Below are positions 34,416-45,007 of a stretch of 64,000 nt of DNA, one piece after another. Source of the stretch: Curvibacter sp. (GTDB taxonomy: Bacteria; Pseudomonadota; Gammaproteobacteria; Burkholderiales; Burkholderiaceae_C); NCBI GenBank assembly GCA_004293725.1, contig REAW01000013.1:1037-65036 (forward strand), written 5' to 3'. How positions within the stretch are numbered: the stretch's first letter is position 1; each line of letters opens with the position of its first letter. Made by a program: the position numbers and the translations under genes. The notes under the pieces are model-generated. The model saw only the letters and a program-made list of their open reading frames with translations. It ran no database searches and had not been told where the DNA came from.

Positions 34416-35174
34416 ATGGAAATCGCAGGCAAAGTTTTCATCGTCACAGGTGGCGCATCCGGATTGGGCGAAGGCACTGCCCGCATGCTGGCCGCGAAAG
34501 GCGGCAAGGTAGTGATTGCTGACATGCAAGTCGAAAAAGGTGAAGTGATCGCCAAAGACATTGGCGGTGCATTTGTGAAATGTGACGTAAGCAATGAGGC
34601 TGATGGCCAGGCAGTGGTTGCCAAGGCCGTCTCGATGGGTAAGCTCATGGGCTTGGTCAACTGCGCAGGCATCGCCCCTGCCGAGAAAACCGTTGGCAAG
34701 AATGGCGCGCATGCGCTGTCCACCTTTAGCAAGACCATCACGGTCAACCTGATTGGCAGCTTCAACATGATTCGTATATCCGCAGATGCCATGAGCAAAA
34801 ATGAACCTGAAGCGACGGGTGAGCGGGGTGCGATGATTTCCACTGCATCAGTTGCGGCCTATGACGGACAAATTGGTCAAGCGGCTTATAGCGCCTCCAA
34901 GGGCGGCGTGGTCGGTATGACCCTGCCGATTGCCCGCGACCTGGCACGCAACGGCATCCGTAACATGACAATTGCACCCGGAATTTTTGGCACTCCCATG
35001 CTGTTCAGCATGCCCCAAGAAGTGCAGGACGCACTGGCTGCTGGTGTGCCATTCCCATCGCGTTTGGGCACGCCTCAGGATTACGCCAAGCTGGCTGTGC
35101 ACATCTTTGAAAACGACATGCTCAATGGCGAAGTCATCCGACTGGACGGAGCCATTCGCTTGGCGCCAAAGTAA
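34416..35174 (+). CDS. 3-hydroxyacyl-CoA dehydrogenase type II (HSD17B10-like SDR)
   Basis: [36 protein letters not shown]. Confidence 0.92.
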   Translation: MEIAGKVFIVTGGASGLGEGTARMLAAKGGKVVIADMQVEKGEVIAKDIGGAFVKCDVSNEADGQAVVAKAVSMGKLMGLVNCAGIAPAEKTVGKNGAHALSTFSKTITVNLIGSFNMIRISADAMSKNEPEATGERGAMISTASVAAYDGQIGQAAYSASKGGVVGMTLPIARDLARNGIRNMTIAPGIFGTPMLFSMPQEVQDALAAGVPFPSRLGTPQDYAKLAVHIFENDMLNGEVIRLDGAIRLAPK

Positions 35175-35204
35175 TTGGTCTGCCCCGTCCTGGCGCCCAG
35201 CCTT

Positions 35205-36104
35205 CTAGCGATGCGCCCGGATGGAGGCAACAATGCCCAGCACAAATACCAAGCTGGCCACCAGTTGCAGCCATTGGGGCCACGCGCCATATAGCACAAA
35301 CGCATAGAACAAAGCAAATAGCGTTTCGCTCACTATTAATTGGCCGCACAAACTAGCACTCAGGTGGCGGCTGGCAATGTTCCAAAGCACCGTGGCAAGC
35401 CAAGCCGACCCAATACCGGTTGCTACACAAACCATAGCTGAATGCGCAATATCTGCTTGAGCTAGCAGTACCTTTGACTCCGTTCCGAACATCAACCAAA
35501 CGGCGATGGCGCCAAGACCGGACGCCACACCCAGCCAGTTGGCCCAATCAGTCACTTTCACCTCTCGGTGGTGCCTGAGCCAAGCGGAATTCATCACCGC
35601 AAAAGCAGTCCAGCAGGCCATCGACAAAAGCGCGAAACCAATACCCCGCCAATACACCCAGCCTTGCGTGGCATGCGCCGATACTCCCGCCGTCTCTGAG
35701 ACCATCATCAACAACACGCCCAACACGGTGAGGACCAGCCCAGGCAACAAGCTGCGCCACAACAGATGCTCCGGCTTACCCAACAACATCACCCAAATAG
35801 GGATGGTGCCAATGATCAGTGTGGGAACCTCCACTCCCGCATCGCGGATCGACAACACCAGAAGCAAGTAATAGCCCGAAAAGCCCAGCACGCTGAGGCC
35901 CAGCGCGGCTGCTGCCTGACTAGCGGTGGGCCAGTGATGCTTGCCGGGCGCAAGCAACATGACCAAGAGGGCAACAACACCAAAACTGACAAAGCGCCCG
36001 GCAGCCAAATCCACTGCTGCCAAACCGGGAGCAAGTGCCGGAGCAACAAACACCAAGCCCCACAAAGCACCTGCTGCCAGGCCCGCCAGGATGCCAACTA
36101 ACAC
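35205..36104 (-). CDS. DMT/EamA family transporter
   Basis: About 10 TM segments; WGLVFVAP and GQLIVSETLFAL (YtfF-like). Confidence 0.85.
   Translation of the reverse strand: MLVGILAGLAAGALWGLVFVAPALAPGLAAVDLAAGRFVSFGVVALLVMLLAPGKHHWPTASQAAAALGLSVLGFSGYYLLLVLSIRDAGVEVPTLIIGTIPIWVMLLGKPEHLLWRSLLPGLVLTVLGVLLMMVSETAGVSAHATQGWVYWRGIGFALLSMACWTAFAVMNSAWLRHHREVKVTDWANWLGVASGLGAIAVWLMFGTESKVLLAQADIAHSAMVCVATGIGSAWLATVLWNIASRHLSASLCGQLIVSETLFALFYAFVLYGAWPQWLQLVASLVFVLGIVASIRAHR
35421..35484 (+). repeat. Dispersed ~60-bp element, copy 5 (inside DMT gene)
   Basis: TGCTAC-ACAAACC-ATAGCTG-AAT-GCGCA-ATATCTGCTTGA-GCT. Confidence 0.78.
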
Positions 36105-36134
36105 CCTGGCTCCAAATTGCTCAAACCAGCATAC

Positions 36135-36917
36135 TCAAACGCCAAAACCATCATCAGCGGCAATCACAGCTCCATTGATAAAGTGGCTTTGGTCTGAGCA
36201 CAGGGTGATCAAAATGGCATCCAGGTCTTGAGGATGGCCGATGCGCTTTCGGGGCAACATGTGGACTAGCTTTTGACCCGCATCTGTTTGCCAGTGGTGG
36301 TGGTTGATTTCGGTATCGATGTATCCCGGGCAAAGGGCGTTCACGTTGATTCCGAACTTGCCCCATTCCAATGCTTGCACCTTGGTCATCTGAATGACAG
36401 CAGCTTTGCTCATGCAGTAGACCCCGATTTGAGGCAAGACCCGAATACCCGCCATCGACGCAATATTCACAATACGCCCGCCGGTATAACTTCCAGGAGC
36501 CGAACCCTTGGCACGAGCCAACATACGTTTGCCTACTTCCTGCGCCACAAAAAAAGCACCCTTCACATTCGTGTTGAACATGAAGTCGTAATCATCGGGT
36601 GAAACATCCTGCAGGCGCTGCGTTGTGCTCACGCCCGAGTTGTTAATCAGGATGTCGATGGACCCCACCTCTGTCTCCGCATGCGCCACAGCAGACTTGA
36701 TGGAGTCATGGTCGGTCACGTCCAACTCCACCACATGAGCGTCCCCACCGCCCCCGATGATTTCAGCGCGCAGTTCTTTGAGCTTGTCCACTCTTCGGCT
36801 GGCCAGGACTACGGCGGCGCCAGCAGCGGCAATGGTTTTGGCAAACTGAGCCCCCAGTCCGCCCGAAGCGCCAGTAATAAAGGCAACACGCCCAGAAAGA
36901 TCGATGCTGTAAGCCAT
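36135..36917 (-). CDS. SDR family oxidoreductase
   Basis: TGASGGLG, NNSG, YCMSK catalytic motif. Confidence 0.92.
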   Translation of the reverse strand: MAYSIDLSGRVAFITGASGGLGAQFAKTIAAAGAAVVLASRRVDKLKELRAEIIGGGGDAHVVELDVTDHDSIKSAVAHAETEVGSIDILINNSGVSTTQRLQDVSPDDYDFMFNTNVKGAFFVAQEVGKRMLARAKGSAPGSYTGGRIVNIASMAGIRVLPQIGVYCMSKAAVIQMTKVQALEWGKFGINVNALCPGYIDTEINHHHWQTDAGQKLVHMLPRKRIGHPQDLDAILITLCSDQSHFINGAVIAADDGFGV

Positions 36918-36937
36918 TTAGAGTGCCTCCTCAAAAT

Positions 36938-36959
36938 AAAAAGAACGGTCGTTCTTTTT
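36938..36959. promoter_or_regulatory. FadP-like (TetR family) operator
   Basis: AAAAAGAACG-GT-CGTTCTTTTT palindrome between divergent SDR and ETF-QO genes. Confidence 0.65.
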
Positions 36960-37053
36960 TGTAAATTCAGCGAATAAAATTCCACCACTGTTCAGTGCAC
37001 CGTTATGGTCGGGTACTGCACTGCAGACCACCCATTATTAAGCGAGACACCCC

Positions 37054-38745
37054 ATGACAAACCAGGAAATTCTGGCTCAATTCGGCCCCCGTGAATCCAT
37101 GGAATACGACGTGATCGTCGTTGGCGGTGGGCCCGGTGGTCTGGCGACGGCTATTCGAATCAAGCAGATGGCAGCTGACCAAGGGAAAGAAGTCTCTGTA
37201 GTGGTGCTGGAAAAAGGCTCGGAGCCAGGCGCACACATCCTGTCTGGCGCGATCATGGACCCCAAGGCCCTCACGGAGCTGATCCCCAACTGGAAAGAAC
37301 TGGGCGCGCCACTGAACCAACCTGTTACGGACGATGCCTATGTTTTTCTTGGCGAAAAAACGGGTGTGCGCGTTCCGAATGCCGTCTTGCCGCCATTCGC
37401 CCACAACGACGGAAACTACATCGTCAGCTTGGGCGCGGTTACCAAATGGATGGCAGAACAGGCCGAAGCCCTTGGCGTTGAAATTTTCCCCGGCTTCACT
37501 GCGGCCGAAGTGCTCTACAACCAGGATGGATCCGTTAAAGGCGTAGCCACAGGCAATATGGGTGTGGGCAAAGACGGCGAACCCATGGAGAGCTTCCAAC
37601 TCGGCATGGAACTGTTGGGCAAATACACCGTATTCGCTGAGGGCGCACGAGGCCATTTGGGCAAACAATTAATCGCCCGATTTCACCTCGATGAAGGCCG
37701 TGATCCCCAAAGTTTTGGCATTGGAATCAAGGAGTTGTGGGAAATTGACCCCAGCCGCCACAAACCTGGTTTTGTGATGCACACCGCCGGGTGGCCCATG
37801 GAGTCAGACACCTACGGGGGTGCATTTTTGTACCACCTCGAAGGCAACAAGGTTGCACTTGGCTTTGTCACGGGTCTTGGCTACGCCAACCCCTACCTCA
37901 GCCCGTTTGAAGAATTTCAGCGCTGGAAAACCCACCCCAACGTGCGCTACTACTTTGAGAACGACAAGGGTGAAGTCACCGCCAAGCGCTTGGGCTATGG
38001 CGCCCGTGCGATCAACGCCAGCGGCATCAACGCGTTGCCCAAGACCGTGTTCCCTGGCGGCTGTCTGATTGGCTGCAACGCAGGCTACCTGAATGTAGGC
38101 CGTATCAAGGGCAGCCACGCCGCTATCAAGACCGGCATGCAAGCGGCCGAAGCGGCATTTGAAGCAGTTGTTGCCGGCCGGCAACACGATGAATTGAGCG
38201 CCTACCCGGAAGCTTTTGAGAAAAGCTGGTTGCACACCGAGCTCAACAAAGATCGAAACTTCAAAAACTGGTTCAAGTATGGCCTGACCGTGGCGACGAT
38301 CATGAACGGATTTGAGCAGCTCGTGTTACGCGGCCACATCCCCTGGACTCTGCGCAGAGACAAGCCGGATCATGCCTATTTGAAGCCCGCTGCCGAATGC
38401 ACGCCTATCGTTTACCCCAAACCTGATGGCAAGCTAACCTTTGACCGTCTGAGCAGCGTGTTTATCAGCAACACCAACCACGAAGAGCAGCAACCGGCCC
38501 ACCTGACGCTGATAGACGCAACGGTGCCCGTGCGCATCAACCTGGCCAAATACGCAGGCCCTGAAGCCCGCTATTGCCCCGCTGGCGTATATGAGTATGT
38601 GAAAAACGAGGACAACACAGACCGATTGCAGATCAATGCGCAAAACTGCGTGCATTGCAAAACGTGCGACATCAAAGACCCAACACAAAATATCGTTTGG
38701 GTTACCCCCGAAGGAAGCGGCGGTCCCAACTACGCTGGGATGTAG
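37054..38745 (+). CDS. etfD: Electron transfer flavoprotein-ubiquinone oxidoreductase
   Basis: GAHILSGA, EGARGHL, CPAGVYE...NCVHCKTCDIKDP 4Fe-4S motif. Confidence 0.96.
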   Translation: MTNQEILAQFGPRESMEYDVIVVGGGPGGLATAIRIKQMAADQGKEVSVVVLEKGSEPGAHILSGAIMDPKALTELIPNWKELGAPLNQPVTDDAYVFLGEKTGVRVPNAVLPPFAHNDGNYIVSLGAVTKWMAEQAEALGVEIFPGFTAAEVLYNQDGSVKGVATGNMGVGKDGEPMESFQLGMELLGKYTVFAEGARGHLGKQLIARFHLDEGRDPQSFGIGIKELWEIDPSRHKPGFVMHTAGWPMESDTYGGAFLYHLEGNKVALGFVTGLGYANPYLSPFEEFQRWKTHPNVRYYFENDKGEVTAKRLGYGARAINASGINALPKTVFPGGCLIGCNAGYLNVGRIKGSHAAIKTGMQAAEAAFEAVVAGRQHDELSAYPEAFEKSWLHTELNKDRNFKNWFKYGLTVATIMNGFEQLVLRGHIPWTLRRDKPDHAYLKPAAECTPIVYPKPDGKLTFDRLSSVFISNTNHEEQQPAHLTLIDATVPVRINLAKYAGPEARYCPAGVYEYVKNEDNTDRLQINAQNCVHCKTCDIKDPTQNIVWVTPEGSGGPNYAGM

Positions 38746-38835
38746 AGCCCCAACCATCGACCGATCGGGTCGCTGCCCGCCGCTGGTGCGAAGCGCGCTA
38801 CTTTGCCTTGGGCAGGGCCGGCAGCAAGACTGTGT

Positions 38836-40470
38836 TTAAACCGGTGCCACTACATTCCACTTTCGCGTCACCTCCCCCGCGTTGTTCACACTCTCGAGCG
38901 CGACACCAAAGCCCCACAACCGCGCGGTGTGTTTGAGCACCTCCAGTGTGCTGTCTCCTAAAGGCCGGTTTTGGTACTGCGAATGGCGCAAGGTAAGTGT
39001 CCGATCCCCGCGCAGGTTTACGTTCCACACCTGGATGTTCGGCTCCCGAGTGCCCAGGTCGTACTGCTGCGATAGCGATTGGCGCAATTCGCGGTAACCC
39101 AATTCATCATGGATGGCGGAGATATGCAATTCAGCCAATTTTTCGTCATCGTGAATCGCAAACAACCGCATGTCGCGCATCAACTTTGGCGACAAGTACT
39201 GCCCGATAAAGCTCTCGTCTTTGAAGTTGCGCATAGCGTGGTCCAGCGCGGGTAACCACGGGCTTCCAGCGATGTCTGGAAACCACGCCCGGTCTTCCTC
39301 TGTCGGGGCATCGCAGATGCGCTTGATGTCGGTGTACATGGCAAACCCCAGTGCATAGGGGTTGATACCGCTGTAAGCCCGATGGCCCACCGGGGGCTGA
39401 AATATCACATTGGCGTGCGATGCCAACCACTCCAGCATCATTCCATTGGAGAGAAATCCATCGTCATACATGGTGTTGAGCAGCCTGTGATGCCAAAAGG
39501 TAGCCCAGCCCTCGTTCATCACCTGGGTTTGCCGCTGAGGATAAAAATACTGTGCAATCTTGCGCACGAGTCGCACCACTTCACGCTGCCAGGGCTCCAA
39601 CAATTGCGCATTTTTTTCTATGAAGTACAGCAGGTTTTCCTGCGGCTCTTGCGGAAAGCGCTGACTCTCTGTTACTTCATCGGGTTTGCTCTCTCCCTTC
39701 GGGACCGTACTCCACAACTCATTTACCTGCTGCTGAGCATAGGCTTCGCGGGACTTCCGCGCAGATAACTCTTGGGCCAAACTCTTTTTACTGGGCCTGC
39801 GATAGCGATCAACTCCAAAGTTGGCCAGCGCGTGGCAGGAGTCCAGAAACAGCTCAACGGTTTCCAATCCATAGCGCTCCTCGCACTCGCTGATGTAGCG
39901 GCGCGCAAACACGAGGTAGTCGATGATGCTGGACGCGTCGGTCCACATGCGGAACAAATAATTGCCCTTGAAGAAACTGTTGTGCCCATATGCAGCGTGG
40001 GCGATAACCAAGGCTTGCATGGCCGTGGTGTTTTCTTCCATCAAGTAGCTGATACACGGGTCGGAGTTGATCACGATTTCGTAAGCCAACCCCATGTGTC
40101 CGCGGCGGTAACGTTTGTCTGTTGCGATGAACTCCTTGCCGTAACTCCAATGCCGGTAATTGATTGGCATGCCCACACTGGCGTAGGCATCCATCATCTG
40201 CTCCGCCGTAATAATTTCCAATTGGTTGGCGTATGTGTCCAAACCGAATCGGGCAGCTGTGTCCCGAATCACACCGTGGTAGCGTTCAATCAACTCAAAG
40301 GTCCAGTCACTGCCATCCGGCAATGGCTCTTTGGCCCGTGGTGGCGCCGGCAGGGGCTGTTGCAGGACCGCACGCGTTCGGCGCTCGCCGCCAGAAGGTA
40401 TGCGGGCCGGATCATCTAGATGCCGCTGCTCGATGGGGCGGGGCGCCAGGATGGGGAGTGGATCGCTCAT
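38836..40470 (-). CDS. ycgB: SpoVR family protein
   Basis: GLAYEIVINSDPC, HAAYGHNSFFK, QVMNEGWATFWH. Confidence 0.93.
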   Translation of the reverse strand: MSDPLPILAPRPIEQRHLDDPARIPSGGERRTRAVLQQPLPAPPRAKEPLPDGSDWTFELIERYHGVIRDTAARFGLDTYANQLEIITAEQMMDAYASVGMPINYRHWSYGKEFIATDKRYRRGHMGLAYEIVINSDPCISYLMEENTTAMQALVIAHAAYGHNSFFKGNYLFRMWTDASSIIDYLVFARRYISECEERYGLETVELFLDSCHALANFGVDRYRRPSKKSLAQELSARKSREAYAQQQVNELWSTVPKGESKPDEVTESQRFPQEPQENLLYFIEKNAQLLEPWQREVVRLVRKIAQYFYPQRQTQVMNEGWATFWHHRLLNTMYDDGFLSNGMMLEWLASHANVIFQPPVGHRAYSGINPYALGFAMYTDIKRICDAPTEEDRAWFPDIAGSPWLPALDHAMRNFKDESFIGQYLSPKLMRDMRLFAIHDDEKLAELHISAIHDELGYRELRQSLSQQYDLGTREPNIQVWNVNLRGDRTLTLRHSQYQNRPLGDSTLEVLKHTARLWGFGVALESVNNAGEVTRKWNVVAPV

Positions 40471-41735
40471 GCGGCTTCGCCTTCCTTCTTGAACAAGTCA
40501 CGAAACACCGGGTAAATATGCTCGGGCTCAGTGACCTTGCGAATCGCAAAGTTAGCGTGACCTTCCGCCAATTCGGAATATTCCCTCCACAAGTCTTGCT
40601 CGGTTTCTGCAACCTGCACATACGCAAAGTAGCGGCAAAACGGCAGCAGCGCGTCGTGAAGGATTTCGCGGCAGCGACCATTGTCATTGCTGAAGTTGTC
40701 GCCATCACTGGCCTGCGCACCGTAGATATTCCATTCGGCTGCTGGGTAGCGTTGCCCTAGAATTTTTTGCATCAATTCCAATGCACTGCTGACCACCGTG
40801 CCGCCACTCTCTGTGGCATGGAAGAAGGTATCCTCATCCACCTCTTGCGCTTGCGTGTGATGACGAATGAAGACGATATCAATTTTTTCGTAATGGCGGG
40901 TCAAAAACAGGTACAGCAAAATGAAGAACTGCTTGGCCAGCCCCTTGCGCCCTTCGTCCATGGAGCCAGATACATCCATCAGGCAAAACATGACCGCCTT
41001 GGAGGTCGGTATTGGGGTTTTGACACGCCCCCGGAAACGCAAATCGACCGGATCCAAAAACGGAATTTTCTTGATTCGGAGCTCCAATTCGAGAATCTCC
41101 TGACGCAAGTGGCGAATCTCACTCTCATGCTCCAGTGGCGCGCGTTCAAGTCGCGCCAGTAGCGACTTCTGGTGCACCAACTCGCGCCGTGTGCCGCTGC
41201 CCAGTGCCAGCCTTCGTCCCAGTGCTCCGCGCATGGAGCGAAGGATATGCAGATTGTTAGGCGTGCCGTCACGCGTATAGCCGGCTCGATGGGTTTTCCA
41301 TTCAGGTGTTTCGCCAATCTGGCTGCGCATCAGATGCGGGAGAGCCAAGTTTTCGAAAAACACCTGCATAAACTCTTCTTTGCTCAGTGTGAAGACGAAA
41401 TCATCTTCACCTTCTCCCGTATCGCTGGCCTGCCCACTTCCGCCATTCGCTCCGCCCTGTGGGCGTTTGATGCGGTCGCCGCGCAGGTGATCCGTGTTTC
41501 CAGGATGCACGGTGTCGCGAGAGCCCCCCTGCCCATGGTGAAAAACGGGCTCGCTGATGTCCTTTTTCGGGATGGTTACGCTCTCACCCTGCTCCATGTC
41601 GCGAATGCCGCGGCCCGTCACCGCCTTGCGTACGGCCTCACGGATCTGCTCCTGATGCCGACGCAAAAACCTTTCCCGATTGCCAATGGACTTGTTTTTT
41701 CCCGCCAATCGGCGGTCAACAATTTGCAGAGCCAT
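40467..41735 (-). CDS. yeaH: YeaH/YhbH (DUF444, vWA-like) protein
   Basis: KNKSIGNRERF, MDVSGSM, QASDGDN. Confidence 0.93.
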   Translation of the reverse strand: MALQIVDRRLAGKNKSIGNRERFLRRHQEQIREAVRKAVTGRGIRDMEQGESVTIPKKDISEPVFHHGQGGSRDTVHPGNTDHLRGDRIKRPQGGANGGSGQASDTGEGEDDFVFTLSKEEFMQVFFENLALPHLMRSQIGETPEWKTHRAGYTRDGTPNNLHILRSMRGALGRRLALGSGTRRELVHQKSLLARLERAPLEHESEIRHLRQEILELELRIKKIPFLDPVDLRFRGRVKTPIPTSKAVMFCLMDVSGSMDEGRKGLAKQFFILLYLFLTRHYEKIDIVFIRHHTQAQEVDEDTFFHATESGGTVVSSALELMQKILGQRYPAAEWNIYGAQASDGDNFSNDNGRCREILHDALLPFCRYFAYVQVAETEQDLWREYSELAEGHANFAIRKVTEPEHIYPVFRDLFKKEGEAA

Positions 41736-41759
41736 TTTCAACCTTTCGCGACAAACTCC

Positions 41760-43682
41760 TTACGAACTCTTGCGTACCCTGAGGTACCACTCACACAGCA
41801 AGCGCACTTGCTTGGATGTGTACCCTTTTTCCACCATCCGCGTCACAAAGTCTTCGTGTTTTTTAGCCTCGTCCGCACTGGCTTTGGCGTTGAAGCTAAT
41901 CACAGGCAGCAACTCCTCGGTGTTCGAGAACATTTTTTTCTCAATCACCTGGCGTAATTTCTCGTAACTAGTCCATGCCGGGTTCTTGCCTTGGTTATTG
42001 GCCCGCGCCCTCAGCACAAAGTTGACAATTTCATTGCGGAAATCCTTGGGATTTGCAATACCTGCTGGCTTCTCAATCTTCTCCAACTCCGCGTTCAGGG
42101 CACCTCGATCGAACACCTCGCCCGTGTCCGTATCGCGGTATTCGTTGTCCTGAATCCAGTAGTCTGCGTAAGTGACGTATCGGTCAAAAATGTTTTGCCC
42201 ATACTCGCTGTAGCTTTCCAAATACGCTTTCTGAATTTCCTTGCCAATGAATTCCGCATAGCGTGGAGCAAGCAACTCCTTGATAAATCCGGTGTACTTC
42301 TGCTCCAGATCGGCCGGAAATTGTTCGCGCTCAATTTGCTGTTCCAGCACATACATCAGGTGAACCGGGTTGGCCGCAACCTCCGCACTGTCAAAATTGA
42401 ACACCTTCGACAAAATTTTGAAAGCAAAACGGGTGGACACACCCGTCATACCCTCGTCCATTCCGGCGTAGTCCCGGTACTCGTGGTAGCTCTTGGCTCG
42501 CGGATCTGTGTCCTTCAGGCTCTCGCCATCGTAGACCTCCATCTTGCTGTACAGGCTGGAGTTTTCGGGCTCCTTGAGCCGGGTGAGAATCGCAAACTGG
42601 CTCATCATCTTTAGCGTGCCTGGTGCACACTTGGCCTTGCCCAATGACGAATCGCGGATCAATTTTTCGTAGATCTTGATTTCTTCGCTTACCCGCAAAC
42701 AGTACGGCACTTTGACGATGTAGATGCGATCCAAAAACGCTTCATTGTGTTTGTTGTTGCGAAAAGCCTTCCACTCGCTTTCATTGCTGTGCGCCAGCAC
42801 CACGCCATCAAATGGAATGGCTCCAAACCCTTCGGTGCCTTTGAAATTTCCTTCTTGGGTTGCCGTCAGCAAGGGGTGGAGAACCTTGATGGGCGCTTTG
42901 AACATTTCCACAAATTCCAGCAGCCCCTGATTGGCCAAGCATAGCCCCCCAGAGAAGCTGTAGGCATCCGGGTCATCCTGTGAAAAGCTCTCTAACTTCC
43001 GAATGTCGACCTTGCCCACCAACGACGAAATGTCCTGGTTGTTCTCGTCGCCCGGCTCTGTCTTGGCCACACCAATCTGGCGCAACGTATTGGGGTAGCG
43101 CTTGACCACCTTAAACTGGCGAATGTCGCCACCGTACTCATCAAGCCGCTTCACAGCCCATGGCGACAGAATGCGCTGCAAGTAGCGTGGCGGAATGCCA
43201 TAGTTTTCCTGCAGCACGGGCCCATCCTCCAAGGCATCAAACAGGCCCAAGGGGCTTTCATTGACCGGGGAGCCCTTGATGGCATAGAACGGCACCTGCT
43301 GCATCAGATGTTTGAGCCGCTCGGCAAGCGAACTTTTTCCACCGCCAACAGGGCCGAGCAAGTACAAAATTTGTTTGCGCTCCTCCAGCCCCTGAGCCGC
43401 ATGTCGAAAGTAACTCACCACTTGTTCAACGGCGTCTTCCATGCCGTAAAACTCAGAGAATGCGGGGTAGACCTTGATCAGTTTGTTGGCGAAGATGCGC
43501 GAGAGCTGCGGGTTGTTCCGCGTGTCCAACAGCTCTGGCTCGCCAATTGCTGCAAGCATGCGCTCCGCCGCTGTGGCATAGGTGAGAGGACTGCGCTTGC
43601 ATTCGGCAAGATACTCATCCAGAGTCATCTCTTCTTCGCGATTGCGGGCGTGGCGGGCTACGTGGTTTCCAATGGCGTCCAT
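41760..43682 (-). CDS. yeaG: PrkA/YeaG family serine protein kinase (AAA+)
   Basis: GPVGGGKSS, EPGDENNQDIS, ANQGLLEFVEMFK; GGAGG SD. Confidence 0.95.
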   Translation of the reverse strand: MDAIGNHVARHARNREEEMTLDEYLAECKRSPLTYATAAERMLAAIGEPELLDTRNNPQLSRIFANKLIKVYPAFSEFYGMEDAVEQVVSYFRHAAQGLEERKQILYLLGPVGGGKSSLAERLKHLMQQVPFYAIKGSPVNESPLGLFDALEDGPVLQENYGIPPRYLQRILSPWAVKRLDEYGGDIRQFKVVKRYPNTLRQIGVAKTEPGDENNQDISSLVGKVDIRKLESFSQDDPDAYSFSGGLCLANQGLLEFVEMFKAPIKVLHPLLTATQEGNFKGTEGFGAIPFDGVVLAHSNESEWKAFRNNKHNEAFLDRIYIVKVPYCLRVSEEIKIYEKLIRDSSLGKAKCAPGTLKMMSQFAILTRLKEPENSSLYSKMEVYDGESLKDTDPRAKSYHEYRDYAGMDEGMTGVSTRFAFKILSKVFNFDSAEVAANPVHLMYVLEQQIEREQFPADLEQKYTGFIKELLAPRYAEFIGKEIQKAYLESYSEYGQNIFDRYVTYADYWIQDNEYRDTDTGEVFDRGALNAELEKIEKPAGIANPKDFRNEIVNFVLRARANNQGKNPAWTSYEKLRQVIEKKMFSNTEELLPVISFNAKASADEAKKHEDFVTRMVEKGYTSKQVRLLCEWYLRVRKSS

Positions 43683-43847
43683 AAGACCTCCGGGAACTAA
43701 CAACAAACCTGAATCCCTAGCAGCAGATTCTCGAATTCAGTATATGCCTACGTCCGCCACGCAGTCCAGTTGTTTCCCCCTTTGTGGCGCATGGGAAAAG
43801 GGAAACCAAAGGGCTTTTACCCCTCTATTGCATCGAACAGGCCACCA

Positions 43848-44564
43848 CTAAATTGACTGTGAATCCAGCGTCTCCAGACAGGCCAGCATTTGTTCGCGGC
43901 AACGCTCCATGAGGGCAGGCATATCGTCTAACGTCATACCCGCTGTAGAGATAGGTTCCAACGCCCTGATCACCACAGAGCCACTGTGCCATCGGTTGAG
44001 CTGCATGGTGTTTTTGTAATTGCTACAGCACACGGGGATGATGGGAACACCGGCATTGATAGCCATCTGAAACGCCCCCTTTTTGAAGGGAAGCAGGCCG
44101 CGGCCCAAATTGCGCGTTCCTTCGACAAAAACCCAGATAGAGGTGTCTTGGTGAAGCATCACATCGGTGGTTTTTATCATGGCCTGCTTGGCTTGCAGTG
44201 CATTGCCCCGGTCGATCAAAATATTTCCAGAAAGCCAGTAAATCTGACCAAAGAAGGGAATCCACTTCAGGCTCTTCTTTCCCAGAGAGACCGTACGCCG
44301 AGGCACCGAACACCCCAACACAAACAGGTCCCAGTTTGACTGATGATTGGCTACAACGACGAAAGGATTGGGGTGCGCCAGCATGCCTGCAGTATCCAAG
44401 CGCACTTTGAGCCCGAGAAAGCGCAAGGCGGGCACCGAATAGACCCAGCCAACCAAGCGCGAGTTGTCTGGATTGAAGGGTCGGGCAAAGCAGATTACAA
44501 AATTAACAGCAGAAGCCACTAAAAAGTAAAGACCCATCATGGCGAGGCGGAAAATTTTGAGCAT
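43848..44564 (-). CDS. plsC: 1-acyl-sn-glycerol-3-phosphate acyltransferase
   Basis: NHQSNWD, EGTR, PFKKGAF. Confidence 0.92.
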   Translation of the reverse strand: MLKIFRLAMMGLYFLVASAVNFVICFARPFNPDNSRLVGWVYSVPALRFLGLKVRLDTAGMLAHPNPFVVVANHQSNWDLFVLGCSVPRRTVSLGKKSLKWIPFFGQIYWLSGNILIDRGNALQAKQAMIKTTDVMLHQDTSIWVFVEGTRNLGRGLLPFKKGAFQMAINAGVPIIPVCCSNYKNTMQLNRWHSGSVVIRALEPISTAGMTLDDMPALMERCREQMLACLETLDSQSI

Positions 44565-44678
44565 GCAAGAATGGCCTGTAAAGACGTTGAAAGGCCCCAA
44601 ACAGGGCGCAGGCCTTAAGTTGTGGGATTTTAGGCGAGCCCATGCCAGCTGCCGTTATTGAAGATAGCTTCCCGCAGA

Positions 44679-44700
44679 AGGCTGGATTAGAATCCAGCCT
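44679..44700. promoter_or_regulatory. Palindrome over a -10-like TAGAAT upstream of the gcvT riboswitch
   Basis: AGGCTGGATT-AG-AATCCAGCCT, perfect 10-bp arms. Confidence 0.45.
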
Positions 44701-44940
44701 TGTCAGGAGAGAGCCTTCCTCGAAAAGGCCGCCGAAGGCGCAGGACGGCTGATTGCAGCGGTCTGAACGCTCAGGCAAAAGGACTGACACCCGTTGGAAT
44801 GTGTTTACATGTTTCGACGATACCCCACTGGAGAGAGGCTGCAGCACTTGGTGCACAGTCCACCGAAGGAGCAACCCGCAGTCTGCGCACCCCGTGCACG
44901 CAGGCCCGGCGAATCTCTCAGGTAAAGCGGACAGCGGGGG
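44701..44940 (+). ncRNA. Tandem glycine riboswitch upstream of gcvT (aptamers 44701-44789 and 44823-44940)
   Basis: Two GGAGAG...CCGAAGG...CTCAGG...GGAC units 5' of gcvT. Confidence 0.93.
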
Positions 44941-45007
44941 CAGCACCGGGCGGGCGCAGCTATGCACTCGCCCCGGGTTTTGACTTGCCCCTACCTGGAT
45001 TGCCGCC

